The notes below the pieces were generated by a model that searched no databases, was not told the DNA's origin, and saw nothing but the letters and a program-made list of their open reading frames with translations. Positions 26,617 through 35,892 of a stretch of 64,000 nucleotides of DNA are shown piece by piece. A program made the position numbers and the translations under genes. Every line of letters begins with the position of its first letter. The first letter of the stretch is position 1. Source of the DNA: a bacterium (GTDB lineage: Bacteria; Patescibacteriota; Minisyncoccia; UBA6257; WO2-44-18); NCBI GenBank assembly GCA_023244815.1, contig JAHFLQ010000002.1, forward strand, positions 6,994 to 70,993, read 5' to 3'.

Positions 26617-27673
26617 CATAGTATGCGGTAGCCGCTTTCGCCCAAGTCATTGAATTGGCGAAGGAGATAGATTCTTTGGCGAAAGACTCTTTCAGTTTAC
26701 GATCGTTTAAAATTAATTTCATCATCTCGGCGGCGGCGGCCGAATCTTTCGGCGGTACCAAAAAACCGTTCTTACCGTCGGCAATCGCATCTTCGGCGCT
26801 GGTATTTTTTGTCGCCACTACCGGCAAGCCACAGGCGGCCGCTTCCAAAAATACCAAACCAAATCCTTCAATGTCCTTTTGGTCATCCTGTGATAACAGT
26901 ATAAATAGTTCGGCATTCTGATAAAGCGCGCTAACGTAATCTGGATGAATATTTTCCAAGAAAATTACACGATTTTGTAATTTGTAATTAGTAATTAGTA
27001 ATTGGAGCGCTTCGCGCTCGGGCCCTCCTCCTACAACCACATATTTCAAATCCGGAAAGTCTTTGGCAATTTTCGCGAAAGCTTCAATGGAATAATTAAA
27101 CCCTTTGCGCTTCTTTAAAGACCCGATGCTTAAAACGTAGGGCTTGAGTTTTTGCGCCTCGGCCTGATAGCCGGCGTGGATTGATTGGAATTTCGCAAAA
27201 TCAACACCGTGATGAATAATTTCTATTTTTAAATCAGGCAAAAACTTTAGAATTTCCTTTTTGGTACTGTTGCTCACCGCCACTACTTTATCGGCTTTCC
27301 TATATGCCCATTTCATAATCGGACGCTTCCACCAGCTATAAAACGGCTGGACCGCCCCCGTGCCGATAGCGGTAATAATAAATGGCTTTTTTAGGCCGAT
27401 ATTGGCAAGCGCCGCAACCACGCCGTAGGGCCAGCCATCAAGCGCATGAATCAGGTCGCATCGGCGCAATACCCTTCTGATTGCCGGAAGGGCAAGCAAT
27501 AACTTTAATTTGTTCGGATACAAAATATTTTCCGAAGTTAATGCCTCAATCTCGACGCCAGAAATAATTTTCTTAACGGCGGTTGAAAAAGAATTATAAA
27601 ACTGCCCGGCGCCTGTATTGCCGCGAGTGTCGTGATTTAAATAACAAATACGCATTATTTTTCTCGATGCCAT
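26582..27673 (-). CDS. GT4-family GT-B glycosyltransferase
   Basis: 363 aa. EGFGLVFLEAAACGLPVVAT (the EX7E region) and YVVVGGGPERE. It carries an in-frame heptamer tract that encodes LQLLITNYKLQN. Confidence 0.7.
   Translation of the reverse strand: MASRKIMRICYLNHDTRGNTGAGQFYNSFSTAVKKIISGVEIEALTSENILYPNKLKLLLALPAIRRVLRRCDLIHALDGWPYGVVAALANIGLKKPFIITAIGTGAVQPFYSWWKRPIMKWAYRKADKVVAVSNSTKKEILKFLPDLKIEIIHHGVDFAKFQSIHAGYQAEAQKLKPYVLSIGSLKKRKGFNYSIEAFAKIAKDFPDLKYVVVGGGPEREALQLLITNYKLQNRVIFLENIHPDYVSALYQNAELFILLSQDDQKDIEGFGLVFLEAAACGLPVVATKNTSAEDAIADGKNGFLVPPKDSAAAAEMMKLILNDRKLKESFAKESISFANSMTWAKAATAYYAIYQNVADTRQ
26977..27004. repeat. Tandem heptanucleotide tract (GTAATTR) x4 inside a GT4 coding sequence
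   Basis: gtaattt gtaatta gtaatta gtaattg. On the coding strand this is (YAATTAC)n and encodes LLITNYKL. Confidence 0.9.
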
Positions 27674-28602
27674 TGAATGGTCCGTCGCAACCCATCAGCA
27701 AATTCAATCTTCGGCGTAAAACCGATAAGCTTCTTCATTTTTGAACCGTCGGCGTGTCGGTACCTGATCTCCCCGGCAATGCGCGGCGCTACATATTTCG
27801 GTTTCATTTTTTTGCCAAACGCTGTTATTACCCGTTCCGCTAGTTGCTCAATGGTGCAGGGTTTTCCCCGGACGATATTGATTACTTCTCCATTTGTTCT
27901 GGGTGAAACCAAAGATCGCAGGACGGCCTCAACATTGTCGTCCACATAAATAAAATCCCGCGTTTGGCGCCCATCGCCAAAAACCGTCGGCGGTTTTCCT
28001 GCCAAAACCTGCTGGATAAACCTGCCGACGACAAATCCTTCGTTGCTTGCGTCCTGGCGAGGCCCGTAAACGTTGAAAAATCTCAGCGCCGTTCCCGCAA
28101 GGCCGAGGTCGGAATATACTTTCACAAATTCTTCCCCAACCGCTTTAACAACACCGTAAGTTGTTTTCGGATTTAATGGGTCGTCCTCACGATTCGGCAT
28201 TTTTATCGGCTCTCCATAAACTTCCGAAGAAGAGGCGAAGGCTACTTTTTTTACGTGGTATTTTTTGGCAAGAGCAAAAAAGCTGGATATCCCATCGAGG
28301 TCGGCCAACACGGTTAGTGGGCGCTCTTGGGTTCTTTTTACACCAACCACCGCGGCGTAGTGGATCGCGTAGTCAGGCCGAAATCTTTTGAAAACACTTT
28401 CAAGATTTTTTCCGTCATTAGCGTCACTCTTCACAAGCTCGAATGATGTGCAAGTCAATGCTTTTTTAAGATTCGCGCGCCGACCGGTGGAAAGATCGTC
28501 AATGGCAAGAACCGAAGCCCCCTCGGAGAGCAGGCGATCAATCAAATGCGATCCCAAAAATCCCGCCCCACCGGTTATCAGCACCTTCTTACCCTTAAGC
28601 AT
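27655..28602 (-). CDS. NAD-dependent epimerase/dehydratase (extended SDR)
   Basis: 315 aa. KKVLITGGAGFLGSHL and YGVVKAV (YxxxK). Confidence 0.7.
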   Translation of the reverse strand: MLKGKKVLITGGAGFLGSHLIDRLLSEGASVLAIDDLSTGRRANLKKALTCTSFELVKSDANDGKNLESVFKRFRPDYAIHYAAVVGVKRTQERPLTVLADLDGISSFFALAKKYHVKKVAFASSSEVYGEPIKMPNREDDPLNPKTTYGVVKAVGEEFVKVYSDLGLAGTALRFFNVYGPRQDASNEGFVVGRFIQQVLAGKPPTVFGDGRQTRDFIYVDDNVEAVLRSLVSPRTNGEVINIVRGKPCTIEQLAERVITAFGKKMKPKYVAPRIAGEIRYRHADGSKMKKLIGFTPKIEFADGLRRTIQWHREK

Positions 28603-29761
28603 TCTCGTAAAGTCTTTTTTGCACGCTCGGCAATGGAACTTCAGCTAAGATTTTGGCAATTTTCTCTCCCGCGTTTCCCTTGCCGTAAATAAATTCTTTT
28701 TCATATGGCCCGTGGTTTAACTGCTGCATAACCGCCTGGCGTATTTCGTTTTTGTTATACCCAGCGTGCAGCACATTCCGACCATGCTCTCGGCCTTTTT
28801 GACGCGTGCCGATATTGACGGTTGGAATTCCAAAATAACCTGACTCCCTGATGCCGCTGGAGGAATTTCCTATCAAGCATTTTGTCTTGCGGAGCAGATT
28901 CGCGAAAATCGCGTGAGGCATATGGCCAAGAATGGTCAATTTCTCTCCCGGATTAGCAAGCTTGAAAAGCCTTATTCCCCTGCTGACATCTTCACTGCCA
29001 GCATCAATATTTGGCCAAAGCATAAAAATCTGCATTCCCAAACCTTTAATTCCCTCAAGGGTCTCTTTCATCTGGCTGATGCCGCTGCCAAACTCCGTGG
29101 TAACCGGATGCTGAATAGCCATAAGATACGGCTTCTCCGGATCAAAGTCCGCTTGAGGATCCTTAAAAAGGGAACGGACGCTTTGCGTCAGCTCTGTTGG
29201 ACTCATCTCCGGCGTAGAAAGAAGAATGTCGGTTGCCGGACAGCCAACGTCAAAAACATAATTGGGATTCTCGCCCATTTTGATAATTCGGTCTTTGGCT
29301 GTGGCAGTTGCCGGAAAATGTATGTGGGAAAGCTTGGTCATCGCGTGGCGCAAGCTCTCGTCAATCGTACCGGTAATTTCTCCTCCCTGAATATGCGCGG
29401 TCGGTATGTTCATTGTTGCCGCCGCTATGGCTGAAGCAAAATTTTCATACCGGTCTACCAGAGCTACTACAATGTCCGGTTTCAGATTAGCGAAACAGGT
29501 AGCAAATTCTAAAACTCCAAGCCCAACAGATTTTGCCATGGTAACCGGCTCACTACCCTGAAGCTCCATCGGAATCCGCGCCGCAATCGGAAATCCGTCC
29601 CGTTCAATGTCCTTCACCGAAAGGCCGTAGTGGTCGAGAAGGTGCGAGCCGGCTACTACTAATTGCAACTGAAGAGCCGGATGCTTCTGGACAGCCGCAA
29701 GAACCGATTTCACTCGGCTGTAATCCGCCCTATTCGCAGTAACAATTGCTATTTTTCTCAT
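28595..29761 (-). CDS. UDP-N-acetylglucosamine 2-epimerase, hydrolysing NeuC type, copy 2
   Basis: 388 aa. HIQGGEITGTIDESLRHAMTKL and GNSSSGIRESGYFGIPTVNIG. Paralog of 8503..9678. Confidence 0.7.
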   Translation of the reverse strand: MRKIAIVTANRADYSRVKSVLAAVQKHPALQLQLVVAGSHLLDHYGLSVKDIERDGFPIAARIPMELQGSEPVTMAKSVGLGVLEFATCFANLKPDIVVALVDRYENFASAIAAATMNIPTAHIQGGEITGTIDESLRHAMTKLSHIHFPATATAKDRIIKMGENPNYVFDVGCPATDILLSTPEMSPTELTQSVRSLFKDPQADFDPEKPYLMAIQHPVTTEFGSGISQMKETLEGIKGLGMQIFMLWPNIDAGSEDVSRGIRLFKLANPGEKLTILGHMPHAIFANLLRKTKCLIGNSSSGIRESGYFGIPTVNIGTRQKGREHGRNVLHAGYNKNEIRQAVMQQLNHGPYEKEFIYGKGNAGEKIAKILAEVPLPSVQKRLYENA

Positions 29762-30861
29762 ATGTCTTCTTTCTGTATCATTTCTCCAGCTGAAATAGAA
29801 CGTTTAACTTTTTTCCCTATAATAGAATGATAATCTTTTGAGCGTATGCCTGTTCCCGGACGTTTGCTGGTGATCATATCCCGAGTTAAAGCCTGCCCGA
29901 CAGAAATATCGCATGCCGCAACTACAGATCGCTTTGCCCAAATCCAAACCGGTTTTTCGTCGTCAGATACTGCACGCTCCTTGCCAAAACCTTCCTCCGC
30001 CGTCTTAATCGTCTGAATTAATTTACTCAGATCTTTCGGGTCAAGCGAGAATTTGGAATCTGCGTCCGGAGCGTTACGGTCAATCGTAAAATGCTTTTCA
30101 ACAAATGCGGCGCCAGCGCCAACCGCCCCCCAAATCATCTCCTCTTGAGATGCCCTTCTTCCAAAAGAATCCTCCACTCCTTCCGGAGAAGTGTGGTCAG
30201 AAAGACCGACGGGAACGCCATAGCGATGCCTCATCTCTCCTATAACTCCCATCTGGAGCTGCGAGGTTTTTTTCGGCGAGTAAACCGAGATACAATGTGC
30301 GAGAGCGAAAGGGGTCCCAATGCTCTTCATTGTATCAACAGTTAGATCAACTTCGTCCCAGTTAGACATGCCGGTGGAAATTATCATCGGCTTTCTCATT
30401 TTCGCCGTCTCTTCTATAAATGGCAGGTCCTCCGTTTCGCCCGACCCGATTTTAAACGAGCTGACGCCCATGTCACGGAGCAGCTCGGCTGCCTTAAGGG
30501 AAAATGGCGTACAAAAATACTCAATGCCGATTTTCCCGCAGTATTCGCGCAACTGCGCGTGTTCATCTGGTTTCAAAAGATTTTTTTGAATAAATCCGTA
30601 AAGAGACCCCCACTTAGAAAACATCGCGCCGGAGGTTTCTTCCATTTTCTCCTTTACCATTTCTTCGTCGGGAAGGTGCAGTTGAAATTTGATGATTTTC
30701 GCTCCCGCTTCTTTAGCGGCATGGGCCATTTCTTTCGCCAAAGCCAAACTGCCCCGATGATTATCTCCTCCTTCCGGAATAACTATGCACGGCTCTCCCT
30801 CACCGATGGCAATCGGTCCAATGGAGATTTTTGAAATTTTCTTAGGTTGTTCGGATGCCAT
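29758..30861 (-). CDS. NeuB-family nonulosonic acid synthase (N-acetylneuraminate / legionaminate / pseudaminate synthase) with a C-terminal SAF domain
   Basis: 367 aa. NeuB motifs KIIKFQ, FKIGSGE, IISTGM and GLSDHT. The C-terminus is antifreeze-like/SAF. Confidence 0.75.
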   Translation of the reverse strand: MASEQPKKISKISIGPIAIGEGEPCIVIPEGGDNHRGSLALAKEMAHAAKEAGAKIIKFQLHLPDEEMVKEKMEETSGAMFSKWGSLYGFIQKNLLKPDEHAQLREYCGKIGIEYFCTPFSLKAAELLRDMGVSSFKIGSGETEDLPFIEETAKMRKPMIISTGMSNWDEVDLTVDTMKSIGTPFALAHCISVYSPKKTSQLQMGVIGEMRHRYGVPVGLSDHTSPEGVEDSFGRRASQEEMIWGAVGAGAAFVEKHFTIDRNAPDADSKFSLDPKDLSKLIQTIKTAEEGFGKERAVSDDEKPVWIWAKRSVVAACDISVGQALTRDMITSKRPGTGIRSKDYHSIIGKKVKRSISAGEMIQKEDI

Positions 30862-30904
30862 ATATAAAGAAAATGGTATGTTGCTTTAACCGTAATGTCA
30901 AAAA

Positions 30905-32281
30905 TTATTTAAGTTCATTTATTAAAAATTCTCCCGCTCTTTCGCTGGACCTCTCATCTAACTTCCAGCAAAATTCATCGGCAATTTTTTTTCTGTTTTC
31001 TTTGTCTAAAGAGGGATTTTTTAAATAGGCGCTCACGCATTCGACAAACTCTCTTATATTGCTGGCCAGACGCACGCCCTTAGTGTTTAAAAGATAGCGC
31101 TGGTGGTCGTAATCATAATATCGCCGTAAACTATTCCAATAAGGGCGTGCCTCACCGTCAAAACCTATAAAAACTACTGGTTTGCCGAGCGTAGCCGCGT
31201 CAATAGCCAGCGTGGAGGCAACCGCGACTACTACGTCACTGTGATAAAGAAGGTCCGCTAAATGCGCGTCTTCTTTTGGAGCAAGGTCGGCATCTGCCAT
31301 ACTCAGGTGTTTTGATGGAGCGTCAATTGCTAGCTTTCCGGAGATTGGCTTGATGTTTCCCAATTTAACCTCTCCCACCATATACGGCCTGATAATTAAT
31401 TGTGCGCCGTCCAGCTTCTCTAATTCTTTTATCACCTGAACCGAAACCGGATTGTTTTTGGTGTACATATCGCTGGGGGGAGCAAAGAAAATAGTTTTCT
31501 TGCTCGGATCGAGATTTAATTCTTTGAAAAGGTTCTCGCGGGAAGTCCGGAATTTTGCCGTATAGCGGTCGTAATGCGGAATTCCGGAAATAAAAATATT
31601 CTCTGGCAAAACATCGTTATACTTAATCGCTTCTTCTTTAATTTTTGGCGTATTGACAATTAATTTGTCGGGAATCATTCGGTTCAGACCGTGGGAGGTG
31701 ATGTTGTCCCAGGATCTAACCATTCCGATAATTTTAATTTTGCGGGCGCGAGCTTCGCGCATCACCTGAATGTCGTGCTCGTTAAAAACATCTGTCGCAA
31801 AAACTATAGCTGGCTGATATTTTTCAAAATATTCTTTATGCCTATTTTTTGAGAGTAGGACGTAGTCCAGATGGCGTAAAAGAGAACGGAACAATTTTAG
31901 ATTTCCTAATTTCGCCAAAACCCAGTGCAGAAATGATCCAACATAATAGCCCCCATGACGCTCTACGGTCCGAACTACTCGCAAAGTGCTGGTATCAGAG
32001 GCGTTCAAAAACAAGGAAAAGAAAAGGCGTTCCAGCCAAGATTTTGATGCGCTTGCCCATTTGAAAGCGTCCATTCTGGCGTTTTTTAACGCCACCCCTT
32101 CAACAATCACATTTTTTTTATCACCGACAAAAAAACTTTCATAGTTGGCCTTTTTCTCCTGGGGCGCCAAAATAACAATCCGAGTATCGGGACTTTGGCT
32201 CAAAATGTCCAAAATTCTAGTTGAGAGAATGTTGCGGGCACTTAGGCCGAAAAATGAAGTGATAAAAACAGTTTTGGGCAT
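30905..32281 (-). CDS. TagF-like GT-B transferase, paralog 3
   Basis: 458 aa. MPKTVFITSFFGLSARNIL...GMVRSWDNITSHG...LADLLYHSDVVVAVASTLAIDAATLGKPVVFIGFDG...LDERSSERAGEFL. Confidence 0.5.
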   Translation of the reverse strand: MPKTVFITSFFGLSARNILSTRILDILSQSPDTRIVILAPQEKKANYESFFVGDKKNVIVEGVALKNARMDAFKWASASKSWLERLFFSLFLNASDTSTLRVVRTVERHGGYYVGSFLHWVLAKLGNLKLFRSLLRHLDYVLLSKNRHKEYFEKYQPAIVFATDVFNEHDIQVMREARARKIKIIGMVRSWDNITSHGLNRMIPDKLIVNTPKIKEEAIKYNDVLPENIFISGIPHYDRYTAKFRTSRENLFKELNLDPSKKTIFFAPPSDMYTKNNPVSVQVIKELEKLDGAQLIIRPYMVGEVKLGNIKPISGKLAIDAPSKHLSMADADLAPKEDAHLADLLYHSDVVVAVASTLAIDAATLGKPVVFIGFDGEARPYWNSLRRYYDYDHQRYLLNTKGVRLASNIREFVECVSAYLKNPSLDKENRKKIADEFCWKLDERSSERAGEFLINELK

Positions 32282-32337
32282 TTAGGTAGCCTTACTAAAA
32301 CCTAATTGCCCCTTTAAAAGTTACATATTATTATATA

Positions 32338-33111
32338 TTGGCTGGGCCTAAAAACACGATGAAATATCTCACTCCTGAAGAAATTAAAAACTCTCATAAA
32401 GACGAAGCCCACTCAATCCTAGAAAAATCCAAGAGCCAGTTGGTGCGCTTTAGTTTTGGCATTGAGTTATTTAAAAAATGTTTAGCAGACCAATTTTCCG
32501 GCAATAAAGCAATAAAAATCCTTGACCTAGGAAGCGGAAGCGGTTCTTTCGCCCGCCAATTGGCCGAAATTGGCTGCGTTAATATTTGCGGAGTAGATAT
32601 AGACGACTATCGCTCGGCCGAAGCCAAATCGATTTATAAAGAATTTAAACAGGCAGATTTGGGATGGGACAAACTACCATGGCCAGATAATACTTTTGAC
32701 ATAATTAACGCCTGGTGCGTATTGCCTCATGTAGAAAATCCATTTCACTGTGCCCGCGAGGTAAGCCGGGTTCTGAAGCCAGGCGGGATTTTCATTTTTT
32801 CATTGCCTCATCTTACCTCAAAACCGGCCATTGATTATTTCATTAAAAATAAGAATTTCGGCCAATATAAAGGTGAGAATAATCACATTATTCTTTTTAC
32901 CTACCCGATCATTAAAAAAACAATTTTAAAATATTTTGATACGGTAGATATAGCATATCCAATCAGGCCAAAAGTTTTTGAAAGGGGGGTCAAAGGAAAG
33001 ATTCGTTCTGTTGTGTATCCGCTGATTAACAAATTTTTTCCAAATGCAGGGAAGGCGTTAAGTTATCGGTGGGCCTACGAAGCCGTGTATCTGGCGCACA
33101 AAAGCTCTTAA
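32338..33111 (+). CDS. Class I SAM-dependent methyltransferase, family A copy 2
   Basis: 257 aa. ILDLGSGSGSFA and VLKPGGIFIFSLP, plus the shared WPDNTFDIINAWCVLPHVENPFH block. Confidence 0.6.
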   Translation: MAGPKNTMKYLTPEEIKNSHKDEAHSILEKSKSQLVRFSFGIELFKKCLADQFSGNKAIKILDLGSGSGSFARQLAEIGCVNICGVDIDDYRSAEAKSIYKEFKQADLGWDKLPWPDNTFDIINAWCVLPHVENPFHCAREVSRVLKPGGIFIFSLPHLTSKPAIDYFIKNKNFGQYKGENNHIILFTYPIIKKTILKYFDTVDIAYPIRPKVFERGVKGKIRSVVYPLINKFFPNAGKALSYRWAYEAVYLAHKSS

Positions 33112-33116
33112 TTAAA

Positions 33117-33139
33117 AAACCCGGTGCTGAACCGGGTTT
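33117..33139. terminator. Bidirectional hairpin terminator
   Basis: aaacccggt-gctga-accgggttt is a 9-bp stem. On the minus strand it is followed by tttttaatt. Confidence 0.6.
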
Positions 33140-34202
33140 AAGCAAGTAGTTTTTTCAACGTTTCCAAGCCCCACGTAAACTCCTCGCGGGAAAGATCCTG
33201 GACGAGTAGCAGGTGACTGTCGCGATGCGGCAAGATAATCGCCACGCCCTCTCCAGTGCGCTTCTTATCCTTGCGCATGGCTTGCCAAAGATTGTCGGTG
33301 TCAAAAAACTTGTTTTGAAGGTTCAGAAGTTCGCCATGGAACGATGGTGAGAGAATTTGCTTCACCATAAAATCAAACACCTCGCCATCAATCAATTGCC
33401 GTTTCAGTGAGACGGCGCTCGCGAAGATCATTCCCGCCACTACAGCAAGGCCGTGAGGAATCGTGAATTCCGATGCCGACTCGAGCGCGTGCCCGAAGCA
33501 GTGCCCGTAGTTAAGAAGCTTCCTTCGACCCTCGTCGAATTCGTCTTCTTCGATGTACTCCTTCTTAATAAGAAGGCTATCGTAGAGCAGGTTGGAAGGG
33601 TCGTCATTTTTCAGACGATGGGCAAGGGCCGAAAAATCGCCTAAGTTTTTAGCCTGCATCAGATGCAACTTAACAATCTCACCAAACCCGCTGAAAATTT
33701 CTTTTGGATTCAGCGTCTTAGTAAATTCATAGCTGATGAAAATTCTCTTCGGAGGATAAAAAGTGCCGACTAAGTTCTTGTACGAATCCAAGTTGAGCGA
33801 TGTTTTACTGCCGATACAGCTATCCGCCTGCGCGAGTAGCGTGGTCGGGACGTAAGTCCAATTCAGGCCGCGATACAATGCTGAAGCAACAAATCCCGTT
33901 ATGTCCTGAGTTATGCCGCCACCTACAGAGACAAAATCGGTGTTCCGCTTACAAGACTTTGTCACAAGTTCACGACATAATCTCATCGCGCTATCAACCG
34001 TTTTCTCCTCCTCTTTGGCGTCGATCAAGACTATTGAATCTGAACCGATGCTATCAAAGTGCTGGCGGTAAACATTAAAAACGTTTCTGTCGATAGCCCA
34101 AATGCCGGGTTTTTCTTTCAGTGCGTCCAAAAATCTTAGATCGTTTTCGAATGAGGCCTTGTAGGGGCCCCTGTACGACTGAATAGTAAGGCTATTTTTC
34201 AT
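33138..34202 (-). CDS. 3-dehydroquinate-synthase-like sugar-phosphate cyclase superfamily protein
   Basis: 354 aa. GGGITQDITGF is the glycine-rich NAD loop. LNYGHCFGHALE and HGLAVVAGM are metal-binding His motifs of the DHQS family. There is a GGAGG RBS upstream. Confidence 0.6.
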   Translation of the reverse strand: MKNSLTIQSYRGPYKASFENDLRFLDALKEKPGIWAIDRNVFNVYRQHFDSIGSDSIVLIDAKEEEKTVDSAMRLCRELVTKSCKRNTDFVSVGGGITQDITGFVASALYRGLNWTYVPTTLLAQADSCIGSKTSLNLDSYKNLVGTFYPPKRIFISYEFTKTLNPKEIFSGFGEIVKLHLMQAKNLGDFSALAHRLKNDDPSNLLYDSLLIKKEYIEEDEFDEGRRKLLNYGHCFGHALESASEFTIPHGLAVVAGMIFASAVSLKRQLIDGEVFDFMVKQILSPSFHGELLNLQNKFFDTDNLWQAMRKDKKRTGEGVAIILPHRDSHLLLVQDLSREEFTWGLETLKKLLA

Positions 34203-34274
34203 AAAACCTCCACCATTAGAACCCTCAACGAGCCATCTAGGTTATAGCAGGCCGTGAAATAACGGTCAATTAAA

Positions 34275-34297
34275 AACCCCGATGCAGGATCGGGGTT
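34275..34297. terminator. Hairpin terminator for the minus-strand gene 34307..35092
   Basis: aaccccgat-gcagg-atcggggtt. On the minus strand it is followed by ttttaatt. Confidence 0.6.
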
Positions 34298-34306
34298 CGT
34301 TACTGT

Positions 34307-35092
34307 CTAGAGCATTGTGCGCTTCTCAAGCATTCTGATACGCTCTTTGTCCTCAACTGAAATAACGTGGTAGTAATCGTGCTTGTTGCAAAGCCATTGG
34401 AGCTCAAATCTGTTGGCTCTCCTAAGACTCTCCGCCGCGTCCTCAAGACCCTTGGATGCGCTGAAGATAATTTTTCGGGTTTCAAAGCGATCCAACAGGT
34501 TAGCATCCACCAACTGCCTGATAAAAGGAATTGCTTCCGGCGTGATCGCTCCGCCGATCGTGGGGCTTAACTTCGCGGCCCGCGTCTTTTCGCAAATGCC
34601 CTTTGTGATCTCAAAAATTTTTTCGGAATTAATTTCTTGCCGTCCCAAATCGAGAGAGCCACAGAGATCCACTCGGCCAACCGTTATGCGCGAGAGTTGA
34701 TGCGCACCCGGAAGCGCGAGCATCCGGTCGAGGTTCTGATAAGCCTGGATCGTTTCCACATTGACGGCAAAGGCAATATCGCTCTTCGCGTCTTCCGGCA
34801 CATGCTTCGCGATAGCTTCCAAAAACTTCTGGAGCGCATACGCGCTTTCCACCATCGGAGCAACGATACCGGATACGCCGAGAGTCATCGCGTCGAAGAT
34901 ATCCCGAATCGCTTCTGGGCCGCCGATCTTCAAGACAATGCCCATTCCGCAGCGAGATGCGATCTCCTTCAGGCGCATCAGTTCATTCAGCCGCGCGCCC
35001 TCGGATTCAAATTCCGCCTTCACATCAACCGCGCCATAGTTATCGCGCAGATCAGTCAAGACCTCCACCATTTCTTTTTCAAGGCTGTTCAT
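34307..35092 (-). CDS. HpcH/HpaI-aldolase / citrate-lyase-beta-like TIM-barrel protein
   Basis: 261 aa. GIVAPMVESAYALQ resembles the PMVET motif. ITVGRVDLCGSLDLG resembles GxxDLxxxLG. There is a GGAGGG RBS upstream. Confidence 0.4.
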   Translation of the reverse strand: MNSLEKEMVEVLTDLRDNYGAVDVKAEFESEGARLNELMRLKEIASRCGMGIVLKIGGPEAIRDIFDAMTLGVSGIVAPMVESAYALQKFLEAIAKHVPEDAKSDIAFAVNVETIQAYQNLDRMLALPGAHQLSRITVGRVDLCGSLDLGRQEINSEKIFEITKGICEKTRAAKLSPTIGGAITPEAIPFIRQLVDANLLDRFETRKIIFSASKGLEDAAESLRRANRFELQWLCNKHDYYHVISVEDKERIRMLEKRTML

Positions 35093-35095
35093 TTG

Positions 35096-35824
35096 CTACC
35101 CTCCAAAGCCTCCGGTATTGTACTTCGGAAGTTCGTCATAGGCAAGTTCGGGAGAAACATTCTCCCGGGAAACACTCGGCTTGCCTTCTACCCGAAGCAC
35201 ATTGAACCAGTCGCAGAATTTTTCTTGAACCAACGCTTCTCTCCAGATAATTCCGGCAATTTCTCGCGGATCCATAAACTCGGAGGTATTGATACTCGCC
35301 GGGAAAAGCCCAGTTTTCATTCCCGCGGGATGCACAATCACGACTTTTGACCCGGGCAAATCCCGTTCGAACTCCAAAGCAAGCGATCGGGAAAACTGGG
35401 CCTGATACGCTTTCGTACCGGCATAGATCGCCATATCCGCACGCGCTTTCCAAACAGCGACGGACGCGATCGTAATGAGATGGAAAGGCGAGCGCAGTTT
35501 TTTCTTACGCCTCACGAATGTTTGCAAAATCCTCGTCGGTGCGTCCGCGTTGATCGCGAACATACTCGCAAGCTTCTCCGCCTGATCAAAGGGACCGTAT
35601 TCAAATTCACCGGCATTCCATACGAAAAATGAAACGTCCTTTAGAAGTTCGGCCTCCATAACTTCAATTTTCTGACAAAGAGCTTCAACGCTTTGGCGAT
35701 CGGAAAGATCTACCTGAAGTTGAGAATTTCTTCCCAATGTCACCGGATCAATACTGTGACGCTCGGCTTCTTTTACAAGCTCCAAACCCAACCCCGAGGA
35801 CCCGCCAAGAATCCACGCCTTCAT
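35096..35824 (-). CDS. Short-chain dehydrogenase/reductase (classical SDR)
   Basis: Start MKAWILGGSSGLGLEL with AAGGA 6-10 nt upstream. YAGTKAY is the YxxxK motif. Confidence 0.65.
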   Translation of the reverse strand: MKAWILGGSSGLGLELVKEAERHSIDPVTLGRNSQLQVDLSDRQSVEALCQKIEVMEAELLKDVSFFVWNAGEFEYGPFDQAEKLASMFAINADAPTRILQTFVRRKKKLRSPFHLITIASVAVWKARADMAIYAGTKAYQAQFSRSLALEFERDLPGSKVVIVHPAGMKTGLFPASINTSEFMDPREIAGIIWREALVQEKFCDWFNVLRVEGKPSVSRENVSPELAYDELPKYNTGGFGG

Positions 35825-35892
35825 TGGTTTTCCTTTCATCATTGCCCACATAATGAAACACAAAATCGATCAAAAAGGTTATACTGATACCA

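Noticed and set aside
26977-27004. Possibility that the GTAATTR tracts are a CRISPR array or CRISPR remnants
   Set aside because: The units are 7 nt, directly tandem, have no spacers, and are fully inside coding sequence read in frame. There are no cas genes in the window.
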